Assembly: GCA_964588955.1 (NCBI GenBank)
Contig: CAZPQJ010000004.1
Coordinates: 5,677 to 69,676, forward strand
Reading direction: 5' to 3'
DNA: 64,000 bases
DNA from: an uncultured Gammaproteobacteria bacterium
Lineage (GTDB): Bacteria; Patescibacteriota; Patescibacteriia; UBA9934; CAMTUG01
Position 1 is the first letter of the stretch. Each line of letters begins with the position of its first letter. The position numbers and the translations under genes are program-made. Of the stretch, positions 40,977 through 48,847 are shown piece by piece. A model generated the notes under the pieces. That model saw only the letters and a list, made by a program, of their open reading frames with translations, was not told the DNA's origin and ran no database searches.

Positions 40977-42496
40977 AACTCCAGCCGGTGATTGGACTAG
41001 AAATCCATGTTGAATTGAAAACCAAAAGCAAAATGTTTTGCTCTTGTTCGGCTCATGTCAGTGCCCACACGCCGCCGAACACCAATACCTGTCCGATTTG
41101 TCTTGGGCATCCAGGAACGCTTCCTGTGCTCAACGCGCAGGCGGTACGTTTTGGTGTTCTGCTCGGATTAGCATTAGAAGGAACGGTAGCGTCGCATTGC
41201 AAGTTTGACCGCAAAAATTATTTCTACCCCGACTTACCAAAAGGCTATCAGATTTCTCAATACGATCAGCCGATTGTTTCTGGCGGGCATGTAGACGTGG
41301 AAGTGCCTGGCGCTGAGCAGCGAAAAAACATCCGCATTGGTATTACCCGAGCACACTTGGAAGAAGACGCGGCCAAAAATATTCATGCCGGCACCACTTC
41401 ACTGGTCGACTTCAACCGTGCGGGAGTGCCGCTGTTAGAAATTGTCACGGAGCCGGACTTTTGTGCGCCAGAAGAGGCCAAAGCGTTCTTGCAAGAATTG
41501 CGACTGCTTGTGCGCACGCTTGGGATCAGCGACGGAGACATGGAAAAAGGACACATGCGTTGCGATGCCAACGTGTCGTTGCGCGAACTTGATGAAGACG
41601 GCAACGTCTTTGGTCCCCTTTTCCATCCGAAAACAGAGATTAAAAACATTAACTCGTTCCGCAACGTCGAACGAGCACTAAAATACGAAATTACTCGCCA
41701 AACAGCGCTGTGGGAATCTGGCGCCCGACCAATGATCACCACTACCCGTGGTTTTGACGACACCACAGGCAAAACGGTGGAACAGCGCACCAAAGAAGAC
41801 GCGGCGGATTACCGCTTCTTCCCTGAACCGGATTTGCCACCGCTCGAACTCGATGCCTTAGTAGAAGAAATGCGCCCGCGCCTGCCGGAGCTGCCGGCAG
41901 TCAAGCGTCGTCGTTTTGTCGACGAGTATGGATTCACCATGCCTGACGCACGCCAGCTGATTGAGGACCCAGCCTTGGCAGAATTTGCAGAACACACCAT
42001 TTCTGAACTTGGCGGTTGGTTGGAGTCTCAAGGGAACGTGGAACCGGAAGGGGTCGAAGCGGCCACAAAAAAACTGGCGCGCTTAGTGGCCAGCTGGTTG
42101 CTCAACAAACTCCTCGGGCTCATGAACGAACAAGCAATCGACGTACGCACCATGAAGATTGATCCGGAAAACTTCGCCGAATTCATCACACTGGTGGCCG
42201 GTGGCAAAGTGACCAATGCCAGCGGGTTGAAGATTTTGCAAAAAATGTTAGAGAGCGGAGCCGACCCGACCCATATTATGGAAGATGTTGGCTTGGGCAA
42301 AATGGAAGATACCGAAGCGGTGGCCGCAGTGGTAGACCGTGTCCTTGCTGCGCACCCACAAGAAGTCGCCCGCTACAAAGCCGGCGAGGTGCAGCTGCTC
42401 AAATTGTTTATTGGACTGGTTATGAAAGAGACGGAAGGTTCAGCTGATCCCGGATCCACGAAAAATATTCTGGCTGCGAAGCTTGCCCAAGTGTAA
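40973..42496 (+). CDS. gatB: Asp-tRNA(Asn)/Glu-tRNA(Gln) amidotransferase subunit B
   Basis: 507 aa; IGLEIHVEL N-terminus and CPICLGHPG zinc motif typical of GatB. Confidence 0.95.
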   Translation: MKLQPVIGLEIHVELKTKSKMFCSCSAHVSAHTPPNTNTCPICLGHPGTLPVLNAQAVRFGVLLGLALEGTVASHCKFDRKNYFYPDLPKGYQISQYDQPIVSGGHVDVEVPGAEQRKNIRIGITRAHLEEDAAKNIHAGTTSLVDFNRAGVPLLEIVTEPDFCAPEEAKAFLQELRLLVRTLGISDGDMEKGHMRCDANVSLRELDEDGNVFGPLFHPKTEIKNINSFRNVERALKYEITRQTALWESGARPMITTTRGFDDTTGKTVEQRTKEDAADYRFFPEPDLPPLELDALVEEMRPRLPELPAVKRRRFVDEYGFTMPDARQLIEDPALAEFAEHTISELGGWLESQGNVEPEGVEAATKKLARLVASWLLNKLLGLMNEQAIDVRTMKIDPENFAEFITLVAGGKVTNASGLKILQKMLESGADPTHIMEDVGLGKMEDTEAVAAVVDRVLAAHPQEVARYKAGEVQLLKLFIGLVMKETEGSADPGSTKNILAAKLAQV

Positions 42497-43394
42497 CCCA
42501 ATGAATCCGAGCATCGCGTTTGAACCAAGTGAGCTGGCGCTTTGCATAGAGCCAGCTTTCTTTTTTGGTGTCTTCAATGGCGGCAGCAAGATTGGCTTTA
42601 CCATCTAAGAAAAAACAGATCTGGCGATAGCCGATGCCGGTCATGGCTGGGAAGTCCGATCCGTAAGTGTCGCGCAAGCGGCGGACTTCGTCGACGAGAC
42701 CATTAGCAATCATCACGTCTACGCGCGCCTCGATACGTGCTCGCAGTTCCTCACGGTCGACGTCCAATCCGATCTTGATCGGATCGTATGTAGCTGGTCC
42801 AACCGATTTCATTTGCGAAAAGGGTTTGCCAGACTTGATGCAGACTTCAAGCGCGCGAATCAAACGACGTTTGTTGAACGGATCAATCTCTAATGCACCC
42901 ATCGGATCAAGCTTCTCAAATTGTTCGAATAACTCCCCTATCGATCGCGTTTCGAGTTCTGCCCGTAAGGCAACATCTGGCGGCACTTCTGGCAAACTCA
43001 AGTTGTCGACAATCGCATCAATCCACAATCCCGTGCCGCCGACGAGAATCGGCAGCTTCCCTCGACCGACGATCTCGATGATCTTCGCATCCGCGTAGGC
43101 TTTAAAATCAGAAATCGAATACTCCGCGTCCGGATCCACAAGATCTAGCCCCCAATGAGGAACACCCTCAACCATCAACGCCGCGTCGCCCAATTTCCAA
43201 TCTCCTTCTTTCTCCTTCTTTCTCCATTCCTTCTCTCCCACCGGCTTAGCCGTACCAATGTCCATCCCCCGGTAAACCGTCCGCGAGTCAACGCAAATCA
43301 CCTCGCCGTTAAATTCCTTGGCGAGGCGAATAGCGAGATCTGTTTTACCGGACGCCGTCGGTCCGACGATGACGAGGATTTTAGGTAATGACAT
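42420..43394 (-). CDS. miaA: tRNA dimethylallyltransferase
   Basis: Start taken at MSLPKILVIVGPTASGKT (P-loop); MiaA-wide similarity. The 3' end overlaps the gatB 3' end by 77 nt (convergent). Confidence 0.9.
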   Translation of the reverse strand: MSLPKILVIVGPTASGKTDLAIRLAKEFNGEVICVDSRTVYRGMDIGTAKPVGEKEWRKKEKEGDWKLGDAALMVEGVPHWGLDLVDPDAEYSISDFKAYADAKIIEIVGRGKLPILVGGTGLWIDAIVDNLSLPEVPPDVALRAELETRSIGELFEQFEKLDPMGALEIDPFNKRRLIRALEVCIKSGKPFSQMKSVGPATYDPIKIGLDVDREELRARIEARVDVMIANGLVDEVRRLRDTYGSDFPAMTGIGYRQICFFLDGKANLAAAIEDTKKESWLYAKRQLTWFKRDARIHWVTLGQASQPEYFSWIRDQLNLPSLS

Positions 43395-43444
43395 AATTGA
43401 CGAATCATTCTGTTTCACGTAGGTTACTCGCGGGGTTCACCACC

Positions 43445-44146
43445 ATGAGCGAACTGAAATTCTGTACCTTCTGCGGAGCAGAACTCAATACGGAGGAACG
43501 CCGGCTGGCGCAGTGCAACACGTGTCAGCTGAGCCTGCCTCTCTACCTTGCGCCAATCGTATGTGTTCTGATCCCCATCTGGATCAATCAAGGAACGACG
43601 GCCTACCCTGAACCCGTGTACACAGACGAAATCGGGTACGTTCGTCGAAGGAAGCCGCGATTCACAAAACGCGGAGTAGTGCCACCAGAACCTGTGACTG
43701 TGCCCGTCGGCTCATACGGCGTGCTCGGATTCCTAACGGAAACCGCCACCAACTCCGTCCTTCCGCTCGGTACGTTGCTGCCAAAGGAAGATGCACGACA
43801 AGGCGGAGTCAGAATCTGCAAAGAGGCAGGACTAATCATCGACCCGTCCGCTCTTCTACTGGAGCGCACGCTGCTCAACCCTGCCGGTGTGTTCTGTCTT
43901 GTTCTACAAACCGCGCCGCTCACCATCCTGGGGAGGAGAGTCGAACTCGACAGCGAATCTCCCGACACCACTGACATGCTCACGGAACGAAATCTGAGCA
44001 TCTTCACCCACTTCATGCAAATCCCTCCGTGGGCAACCGACATGGAGCGTCGACTGATCGTCCGTGCGCTACGCGTATCTGATCCTCACGTGTCCCGAAG
44101 CGCAGGCCGGACCGCCTACCCCTATGACTATCTTCGTCTCGTCTGA
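43445..44146 (+). CDS. hypothetical protein with N-terminal zinc ribbon and weak Nudix-like segment (GC-rich orphan)
   Basis: Start taken at MSELKFCTFCG (the track start at 43397 would abut the miaA start); CxxC ... CxxC; GGVRICKEAGL is a weak Nudix-box-like stretch. Confidence 0.45.
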   Translation: MSELKFCTFCGAELNTEERRLAQCNTCQLSLPLYLAPIVCVLIPIWINQGTTAYPEPVYTDEIGYVRRRKPRFTKRGVVPPEPVTVPVGSYGVLGFLTETATNSVLPLGTLLPKEDARQGGVRICKEAGLIIDPSALLLERTLLNPAGVFCLVLQTAPLTILGRRVELDSESPDTTDMLTERNLSIFTHFMQIPPWATDMERRLIVRALRVSDPHVSRSAGRTAYPYDYLRLV

Positions 44147-44149
44147 GAC

Positions 44150-44186
44150 CGACCTCCGGATACTTCTCCGGAGGTCAACTGTTTTT
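44150..44186 (+). terminator. intrinsic terminator (10-bp stem gacctccgga / tccggaggtc)
   Basis: Seen directly; a T-run follows 5 nt downstream; the 3' arm overlaps the thrS stop codon. Confidence 0.45.
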
Positions 44187-45935
44187 AGAGATTGGTAATG
44201 AAAACCCCGAGGCCAACTGTTTCACCAATTCAGCCCGATCGACAACAAGCGGCGCTTCGACACCAAAGACACGGATTTGGAACGCTTCGCCGGCAACTTC
44301 TTTGTCGCCAAGCACCAACGTCCAAGGAATTTTTTGCTCAGCCACGCGGCGGATTTTGGCGCCCACTTTATCTCCCGACTCGTCGATTTCAGCACGTCCG
44401 CCAGCGGCGTCAATTTCTGCTTGCAAGGCACGAGCAAATTCCAGGTGCGCTTCGCCAACCGGACACAACATCACCTGCACAGGGGCCAGCCACAAAGGAA
44501 ACGCTCCCGCATAGTGCTCAATGATCACGCTCATGAAACGCTCAATCGAACCAGAAATGGCGCGATGAATCATTACCGGTCGTTTCTTGGCACCGTCGGA
44601 ATCCATGTACTCAAGCTCAAAGCGCTCCGGCAAGTTAAAGTCCAGCTGAATCGTCGCCAACTGCCACTCGCGGCCAATCGCATCTTTGGCAATAAAGTCG
44701 ATCTTCGGTCCGTAAAACGCCGCCTCGCCAACACCAACTTCGTATTCCTTGCCCAACTCCTTCAGCAACTCCTCGAGCGTGCCGACCGCATTGTTCCAAA
44801 CTTCCGGCGTACCCAAATACTTTTCCGGTTGCGCCGGATCATGGACGCTTAAACGGATGCGCAACGGCATGTCGAAAGCCGCATAGAACTTGGTGATGAT
44901 GTCGTAAATCTTCAAGGCCTCATCTTTCACCTGTTCAGGTCGGCAAAAGATGTGGGCGTCATCTTGGGTGATCGATCGCACGCGCGACAATCCGGCGAGC
45001 TGGCCCGTGTTCTCGTCGCGATATACTTTGGTGACTTCGCTGTAGCGGATCGGCAAGTCGCGATACGAACGCGCGCGCGAAGCGTAGATTTGGGTGTGAT
45101 GCGGGCAGTTCATCGGCTTCATGATGAACTCGTCATCAGACTTTTTGCTGTGGACGTGAAAAATGTCGTCGGCAAACTTGTCGTAGTGACCGCTCGTTTT
45201 GTACAAGTCCGCTTTGGCCATGTGCGGAATGTCGACGCGACTATAGCCGTGCGGTTTCATGAGCTTCCAAACGAATTCTTCAAGCAACTTGCGCACCACC
45301 GTTCCCTTCGGAGTAAACAGCGGCAAGCCAGAACCGACGAGCGGCGAAAAAGCGAACAAGTCGAGTTCAGCGCCCAACTTGCGATGGTCGCGCTTTTTGG
45401 CCTCTTCAAGCATTGCCAAATGCGCATCGAGTTCCGCTTTGGTCTCAAACGCGAGACCGTAAATACGGGTGAGCTGCGGGTTCTTTTCGTCCCCACGCCA
45501 ATACGCTCCAGCTAATTTGTGAAGTTTGAAACTTCCCGGATCAGCCTGATCAATCCCCTCCGCGTGTCCGCCGCGACACAAATCCGCAAAGGCGCCGGAA
45601 TGATAAAACGTCAATGTTTGACCGTCTGTCGAGAACTGATCAATCAACTCCAACTTGAACGGATTATCGGCGAACCGTTTCTTGGCTTCATCTGCCGATA
45701 CTTCCTCGCGATCAAAGGTTTTCCAATCTTTCATGAGCTCTCGCATCTTCTCTTCAATCTTTGGCAGATCATCTTCCGAAACCGGCGTGGCGAACTGAAA
45801 GTCATAATAGAACCCGTCTTCAATCGCCGGACCGATCGTGCGCTTCGTATCTGGATACAATTCCATCACCGCTGCCGCCAGCAAGTGCGCCAACGAATGA
45901 CGGTAGTGTTCTAACGCATCTTTTTGCATAGCCAT
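44175..45935 (-). CDS. thrS: threonyl-tRNA synthetase (form lacking the N-terminal TGS domain)
   Basis: 586 aa; begins in the editing-domain HxxxH region (HSLAHLLA); class II motifs and anticodon-binding domain present. Confidence 0.95.
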   Translation of the reverse strand: MAMQKDALEHYRHSLAHLLAAAVMELYPDTKRTIGPAIEDGFYYDFQFATPVSEDDLPKIEEKMRELMKDWKTFDREEVSADEAKKRFADNPFKLELIDQFSTDGQTLTFYHSGAFADLCRGGHAEGIDQADPGSFKLHKLAGAYWRGDEKNPQLTRIYGLAFETKAELDAHLAMLEEAKKRDHRKLGAELDLFAFSPLVGSGLPLFTPKGTVVRKLLEEFVWKLMKPHGYSRVDIPHMAKADLYKTSGHYDKFADDIFHVHSKKSDDEFIMKPMNCPHHTQIYASRARSYRDLPIRYSEVTKVYRDENTGQLAGLSRVRSITQDDAHIFCRPEQVKDEALKIYDIITKFYAAFDMPLRIRLSVHDPAQPEKYLGTPEVWNNAVGTLEELLKELGKEYEVGVGEAAFYGPKIDFIAKDAIGREWQLATIQLDFNLPERFELEYMDSDGAKKRPVMIHRAISGSIERFMSVIIEHYAGAFPLWLAPVQVMLCPVGEAHLEFARALQAEIDAAGGRAEIDESGDKVGAKIRRVAEQKIPWTLVLGDKEVAGEAFQIRVFGVEAPLVVDRAELVKQLASGFSLPISKNS

Positions 45936-46180
45936 AAAACAAAAACCCGGACCTAAAATAATTTAGATCTCGGGACCCATAGGGGCGGTTCCACCCGAGT
46001 TGCCTAGCGATTTTGCGTCCGCTAAGCCACTTTTTTGCATGGCTCGTCCATGCGCCGTCGACTCCCGGGGTTGGTAGCCCCGATCTCTGTCTGCAGATAT
46101 AGTACGTTGGGCATACCCGACCTGTCAATCACAGAGGGAAGATTGACGGATCTTGCCAGATTAACTAGGTTGAAGAGAGT

Positions 46181-46636
46181 GTGGAGTCCATCATGACCGA
46201 TTCTTCTGTTGCCCGGACGCTCACCGCCGACCACTTCCTCGAGCTCGTCAATCGGGCGCTTCCGCGAGAACAACACGTTCGGTTCACCACCAAGATCAAC
46301 GGCGTGTTTGTGGGTCCGTGTCCCACTTCCGGAAAGCATGGTCATGTGCTGAGCGCACTCGCGGGTATGACCGACTGGGTCCACGAAAATCGCGAAGGAA
46401 TTCTCGTCCTCTGTCGGTGTTGCGGACAATACCAGAATCAGGACCAAGACCGCATCATCGAAGCGTATTCGGAAGCACGGTGGACGTTTCCCCACACTGC
46501 CGGCTTCCCCTGTGATGCGGGGGCACCGGACCTCCTCGACGTGGCCGTATCGCCTGCAGGAGACCCGATCACCATTTTCGGCGCGCAACTCGCCAAATGG
46601 CTCCTCGACTTCGGTATCGCGGAGCGCAACGTCTAA
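46181..46636 (+). CDS. hypothetical protein (GC-rich orphan)
   Basis: 151 aa with several Cys (CRCCGQ); followed by a clean intrinsic terminator. Confidence 0.45.
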   Translation: MESIMTDSSVARTLTADHFLELVNRALPREQHVRFTTKINGVFVGPCPTSGKHGHVLSALAGMTDWVHENREGILVLCRCCGQYQNQDQDRIIEAYSEARWTFPHTAGFPCDAGAPDLLDVAVSPAGDPITIFGAQLAKWLLDFGIAERNV

Positions 46637-46678
46637 CCGACCATCTCACCGCCATCTCTCGCCTCGCGCGTCCGTGAA

Positions 46679-46731
46679 GTGAAGCAACCTCGGCTTCCTC
46701 CGGGCGCGCTTCACTTTTTTCTCATTATAAT
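46679..46731 (+). terminator. intrinsic terminator (gtgaagc ... gcttcac, then TTTTTT)
   Basis: Seen directly, about 40 nt after the orphan ORF stop. Confidence 0.5.
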
Positions 46732-46748
46732 ATTATCAACAAGTTACG

Positions 46749-46777
46749 TTTGACAAAATCAACAAGGTGTGGTTTAA
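46749..46777 (+). promoter_or_regulatory. strong sigma70-like promoter (TTGACA-17 nt-TGgTTTAAT with extended -10)
   Basis: Seen directly. Confidence 0.5.
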
Positions 46778-46784
46778 TATCATT

Positions 46785-46876
46785 AACACCGCCGGGGTCT
46801 GCTCTGCAGGCAAGGCGCGGGTGGCAAAGAAATGCCGCCGGTTTGCACAACGATGTGCACCGGCGGTATTTTTTTC
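46785..46876 (+). ncRNA. candidate small RNA / attenuator unit (about 90 nt, promoter to intrinsic terminator)
   Basis: Near-consensus promoter followed about 50 nt later by an 8-bp GC stem (ccgccgg(t) / (a)ccggcgg) plus a U7 tract (46835-46876). An upstream caccgccgg copy could pair alternatively with the terminator 3' arm. Confidence 0.3.
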
Positions 46877-46889
46877 TTACGACCAGGCT

Positions 46890-46972
46890 GGACTTGGGCC
46901 TGTGGAGGTAATTGGTAACCTCGGCGGTGTTGTCACCCGTAGTTACCGGTTCGAATCCGACCAGGTCCACCA
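46890..46972 (+). tRNA. tRNA-like element / probable tRNA 3' fragment with encoded CCA (non-canonical; not a confident tRNA gene)
   Basis: Canonical T-loop GGTTCGAATCC at 46948-46958, then a 7-nt acceptor 3' strand, discriminator A and CCA ending at 46972. The acceptor strand pairs with ggacttg at 46890-46896 (one G-U). The T-stem, however, has only 3 good pairs; positions 8-9 are GG; and no D or anticodon arm can be drawn. An alternative 6-bp stem ggtaac/gttacc competes. Confidence 0.3.
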
Positions 46973-46988
46973 AGCCTGGATCAACCAA

Positions 46989-47023
46989 CCCCGTCGGCGT
47001 AATCCGGCGGGGTTTGGGTTTAT
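46989..47023 (+). terminator. intrinsic terminator (9-bp stem ccccgtcgg / ccggcgggg, then TTTGGGTTTAT)
   Basis: Seen directly, immediately after the tRNA-like element. Confidence 0.45.
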
Positions 47024-47033
47024 GTAAAACTTG

Positions 47034-47171
47034 CGATCGTTTCAAAACTCGATGAGATGTCGGTGCGCGGGGAAGCCAGCTTTGGAGACGTACCCAAAAT
47101 GTACGTCGACAAAGTGGCGGGGACCCCGCAAGCCGACAGATCGCGAGTTTTGAAACGATCGTATAAAACAC
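47034..47171. repeat. perfect 18-bp inverted repeat (cgatcgtttcaaaactcg / cgagttttgaaacgatcg) enclosing about 100 bp with internal hairpins
   Basis: Seen directly; inner hairpins include GACGTAC-ccaaaat-GTACGTC and gtcgg ... ccgac. It lies in the 3' flank of the minus-strand orphan gene at 47244-47624. Confidence 0.5.
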
Positions 47172-47243
47172 AAGACCGCCTCCCCAAGAGATGCGCGGCT
47201 TGTGTGACCCGTGAAGACGAGTCACCGCGCAGTGGGGGGGCGG

Positions 47244-47624
47244 TCAGTTGGTGCGCAGGTTGTCGATCGTGGGCTGGGGCAGCACCACCCACTTGTAGTC
47301 GATGTTGCCGTTGATGTCGCGACCGACGATGAACGGACGCGTCGTGTCCGCAATCGGAGCCATGACGATCTGGCCCATGGCGATCTCGTGACCGGTCACC
47401 CCTTCGGCGTAGGCCAGGCCGAGGTTGATGCCGTGCTCCTCGCCGGTCATACCGCCGAAGATGAAGGCGACGATCCCGACGACGAGGATGACCATGGGGA
47501 CACCGAACGCCACGACAGCGACAGTGTCTTCCGGATCACAGGCGGCGAGCTGACGACGCACGAGCGTCTTCCAGCGGCCGATGGTGGCGTCACAGACAAA
47601 GTCGATCAGGGCAAGCAAACGCAT
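47244..47624 (-). CDS. hypothetical small membrane protein (GC-rich orphan)
   Basis: 126 aa; one hydrophobic helix (VPMVILVVGIVAFIFGG); GGGAG 5 nt upstream of the ATG; strong dedicated promoter upstream. Confidence 0.55.
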   Translation of the reverse strand: MRLLALIDFVCDATIGRWKTLVRRQLAACDPEDTVAVVAFGVPMVILVVGIVAFIFGGMTGEEHGINLGLAYAEGVTGHEIAMGQIVMAPIADTTRPFIVGRDINGNIDYKWVVLPQPTIDNLRTN

Positions 47625-47693
47625 GGGAACTCCCGGAAGATGACGTCTTTAGTACGTCGGTTACCTGCGAGCGGAGTTGCTCGACAGAGGCTA

Positions 47694-47722
47694 AATATAG
47701 CATAAAAAGTGGATTTTGTCAA
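47694..47722 (-). promoter_or_regulatory. sigma70-like promoter on the minus strand (TTGACA-17 nt-TATATT)
   Basis: Seen directly as the reverse complement; about 60-nt 5' UTR to the orphan gene. Confidence 0.5.
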
Positions 47723-47753
47723 TGGTTGGAGGCTAAAGTTAGCGAAAAATGTG

Positions 47754-47817
47754 TATAGGCGGGGCTACCATGCCCCGCCACGCATTGCGACGGCGGGGCA
47801 TGGTAGCCCCGCCTATA
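47754..47817. repeat. two inverted copies of a 26-nt GC-rich palindromic element (GGCGGGGCATGGTAGCCCCGCCTATA) separated by 12 nt
   Basis: Perfect 26-nt arms; each arm is itself an 8-bp stem with 6-nt loop. The same 26-mer recurs at 54127-54152. The right copy overlaps the -35 region of the mutM promoter. Confidence 0.6.
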
Positions 47818-47840
47818 GGGCGTGATAAAATGAATATACT

Positions 47841-48695
47841 ATGCCCGAACTACCAGAGGTCGAGACGGTAAGGAGACAACTAGAAAAAGAGTTTAAAGGA
47901 GCGACAATCAATCGCGTCGAGGTTCGATTTGGCAAAAAGCTTTCCCCTACCCCAGCAACGTTTGTGAAAAAGGTGATGGGTAAAAAGATTGTGTCGGTGG
48001 AACGTCGGGCGAAATTGATCATTATTCACTTGTCTGGTGGACTCAACATCTTGGTGCATTTGAAAATGACTGGGCGGTTGCTGTTGCGAAAGACCACCCC
48101 CGACCCCTCCTTAGTAAGGAGGGGAGAAGACGCGCCCAACAAGCATACCCACGTTATTTTCTACCTCAACAAAAACCGCGAGCTTCGCTGGGAAGACTGG
48201 CGGCAATTTGGATTCATGAAGTTGATGACGGACGACGAGGTGACCAAACATCTCGAAGCACAGGGCTACGGACCTGAGCCACTCGAAAAATCGTTCACGT
48301 GGGCTAAGATGGCGATGTGTTTGCGTGGAAGCCCGCGTAAGAAAATCAAACCACTGTTGCTGGAACAATCCTGCATCGCTGGGATCGGCAACATTTATGC
48401 GGCCGAGTCTGTGTGGTACGCCAAATTGCATCCGGAAACACGGGTCGCCTCGATCACCGACGTGCAGATGAAGCAGCTTCACAAAGGACTCGTCAAAATC
48501 CTCAAAGCGGCAATCCCCGCCGGTGGAGCGTCGGCCGACGCCTACGTAGACATTTACGGCCATCAAGGAACATTCGTGCCAAAGCTCAACGTGTACGGTC
48601 GACAAGGAAAACCGTGTCGACGATGCAAAACGATCTTAAAAAACATGGTGCTTGGCGGACGGGCCACGGTGTATTGTCCGAAGTGTCAAAAGTGA
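47841..48695 (+). CDS. mutM: formamidopyrimidine-DNA glycosylase (Fpg/MutM)
   Basis: 284 aa; N-terminal PELPEVE catalytic motif and C-terminal CxxC ... CxxC zinc finger. The ATG lies about 11 nt after a TGATAAAAT -10-like box, so the mRNA may be leaderless. Confidence 0.9.
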   Translation: MPELPEVETVRRQLEKEFKGATINRVEVRFGKKLSPTPATFVKKVMGKKIVSVERRAKLIIIHLSGGLNILVHLKMTGRLLLRKTTPDPSLVRRGEDAPNKHTHVIFYLNKNRELRWEDWRQFGFMKLMTDDEVTKHLEAQGYGPEPLEKSFTWAKMAMCLRGSPRKKIKPLLLEQSCIAGIGNIYAAESVWYAKLHPETRVASITDVQMKQLHKGLVKILKAAIPAGGASADAYVDIYGHQGTFVPKLNVYGRQGKPCRRCKTILKNMVLGGRATVYCPKCQK

Positions 48696-48846
48696 GAAAT
48701 GCGAAATCCGAAATTCGAAGTTCCAAACAAATTCTAAATTCGAAACAGGAAAAACAAAAAAAGGGCTTTTACGATAACCCTTTTTTGATTTCAAACTTAT
48801 AATTTTGAATTTGTTTCGGATTTGAAATTTCGTATTTCGCATTTCC
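48696..48846. repeat. small repeat element: inverted arrays of ATTTCGN heptamers flanking a bidirectional A9-GGG / CCC-T9 hairpin
   Basis: Left end GAAATGC-GAAATCC-GAAATTC (48696-48716). The right end carries four heptamers in inverted orientation (48807-48846). The central hairpin at 48756-48787 serves as bidirectional terminator between mutM and the convergent gene. Confidence 0.5.
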
Positions 48847-48847
48847 T

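Noticed and set aside
46890-46972. Calling this a bona fide tRNA gene
   Set aside because: The T-loop, acceptor helix and CCA are convincing. However, the T-stem has two mismatches at its base, positions 8-9 are GG instead of U8/N9, and no D or anticodon arm can be formed. It is reported only as a tRNA-like element or fragment.
46767-47027. 86-aa ORF spanning the sRNA unit and tRNA-like element
   Set aside because: It starts at GTG inside a promoter and reads through two intrinsic terminators and the tRNA-like T-loop, so it is implausible as a gene. A 29-codon ATG ORF inside the small transcript lacks a Shine-Dalgarno sequence and was also not called.
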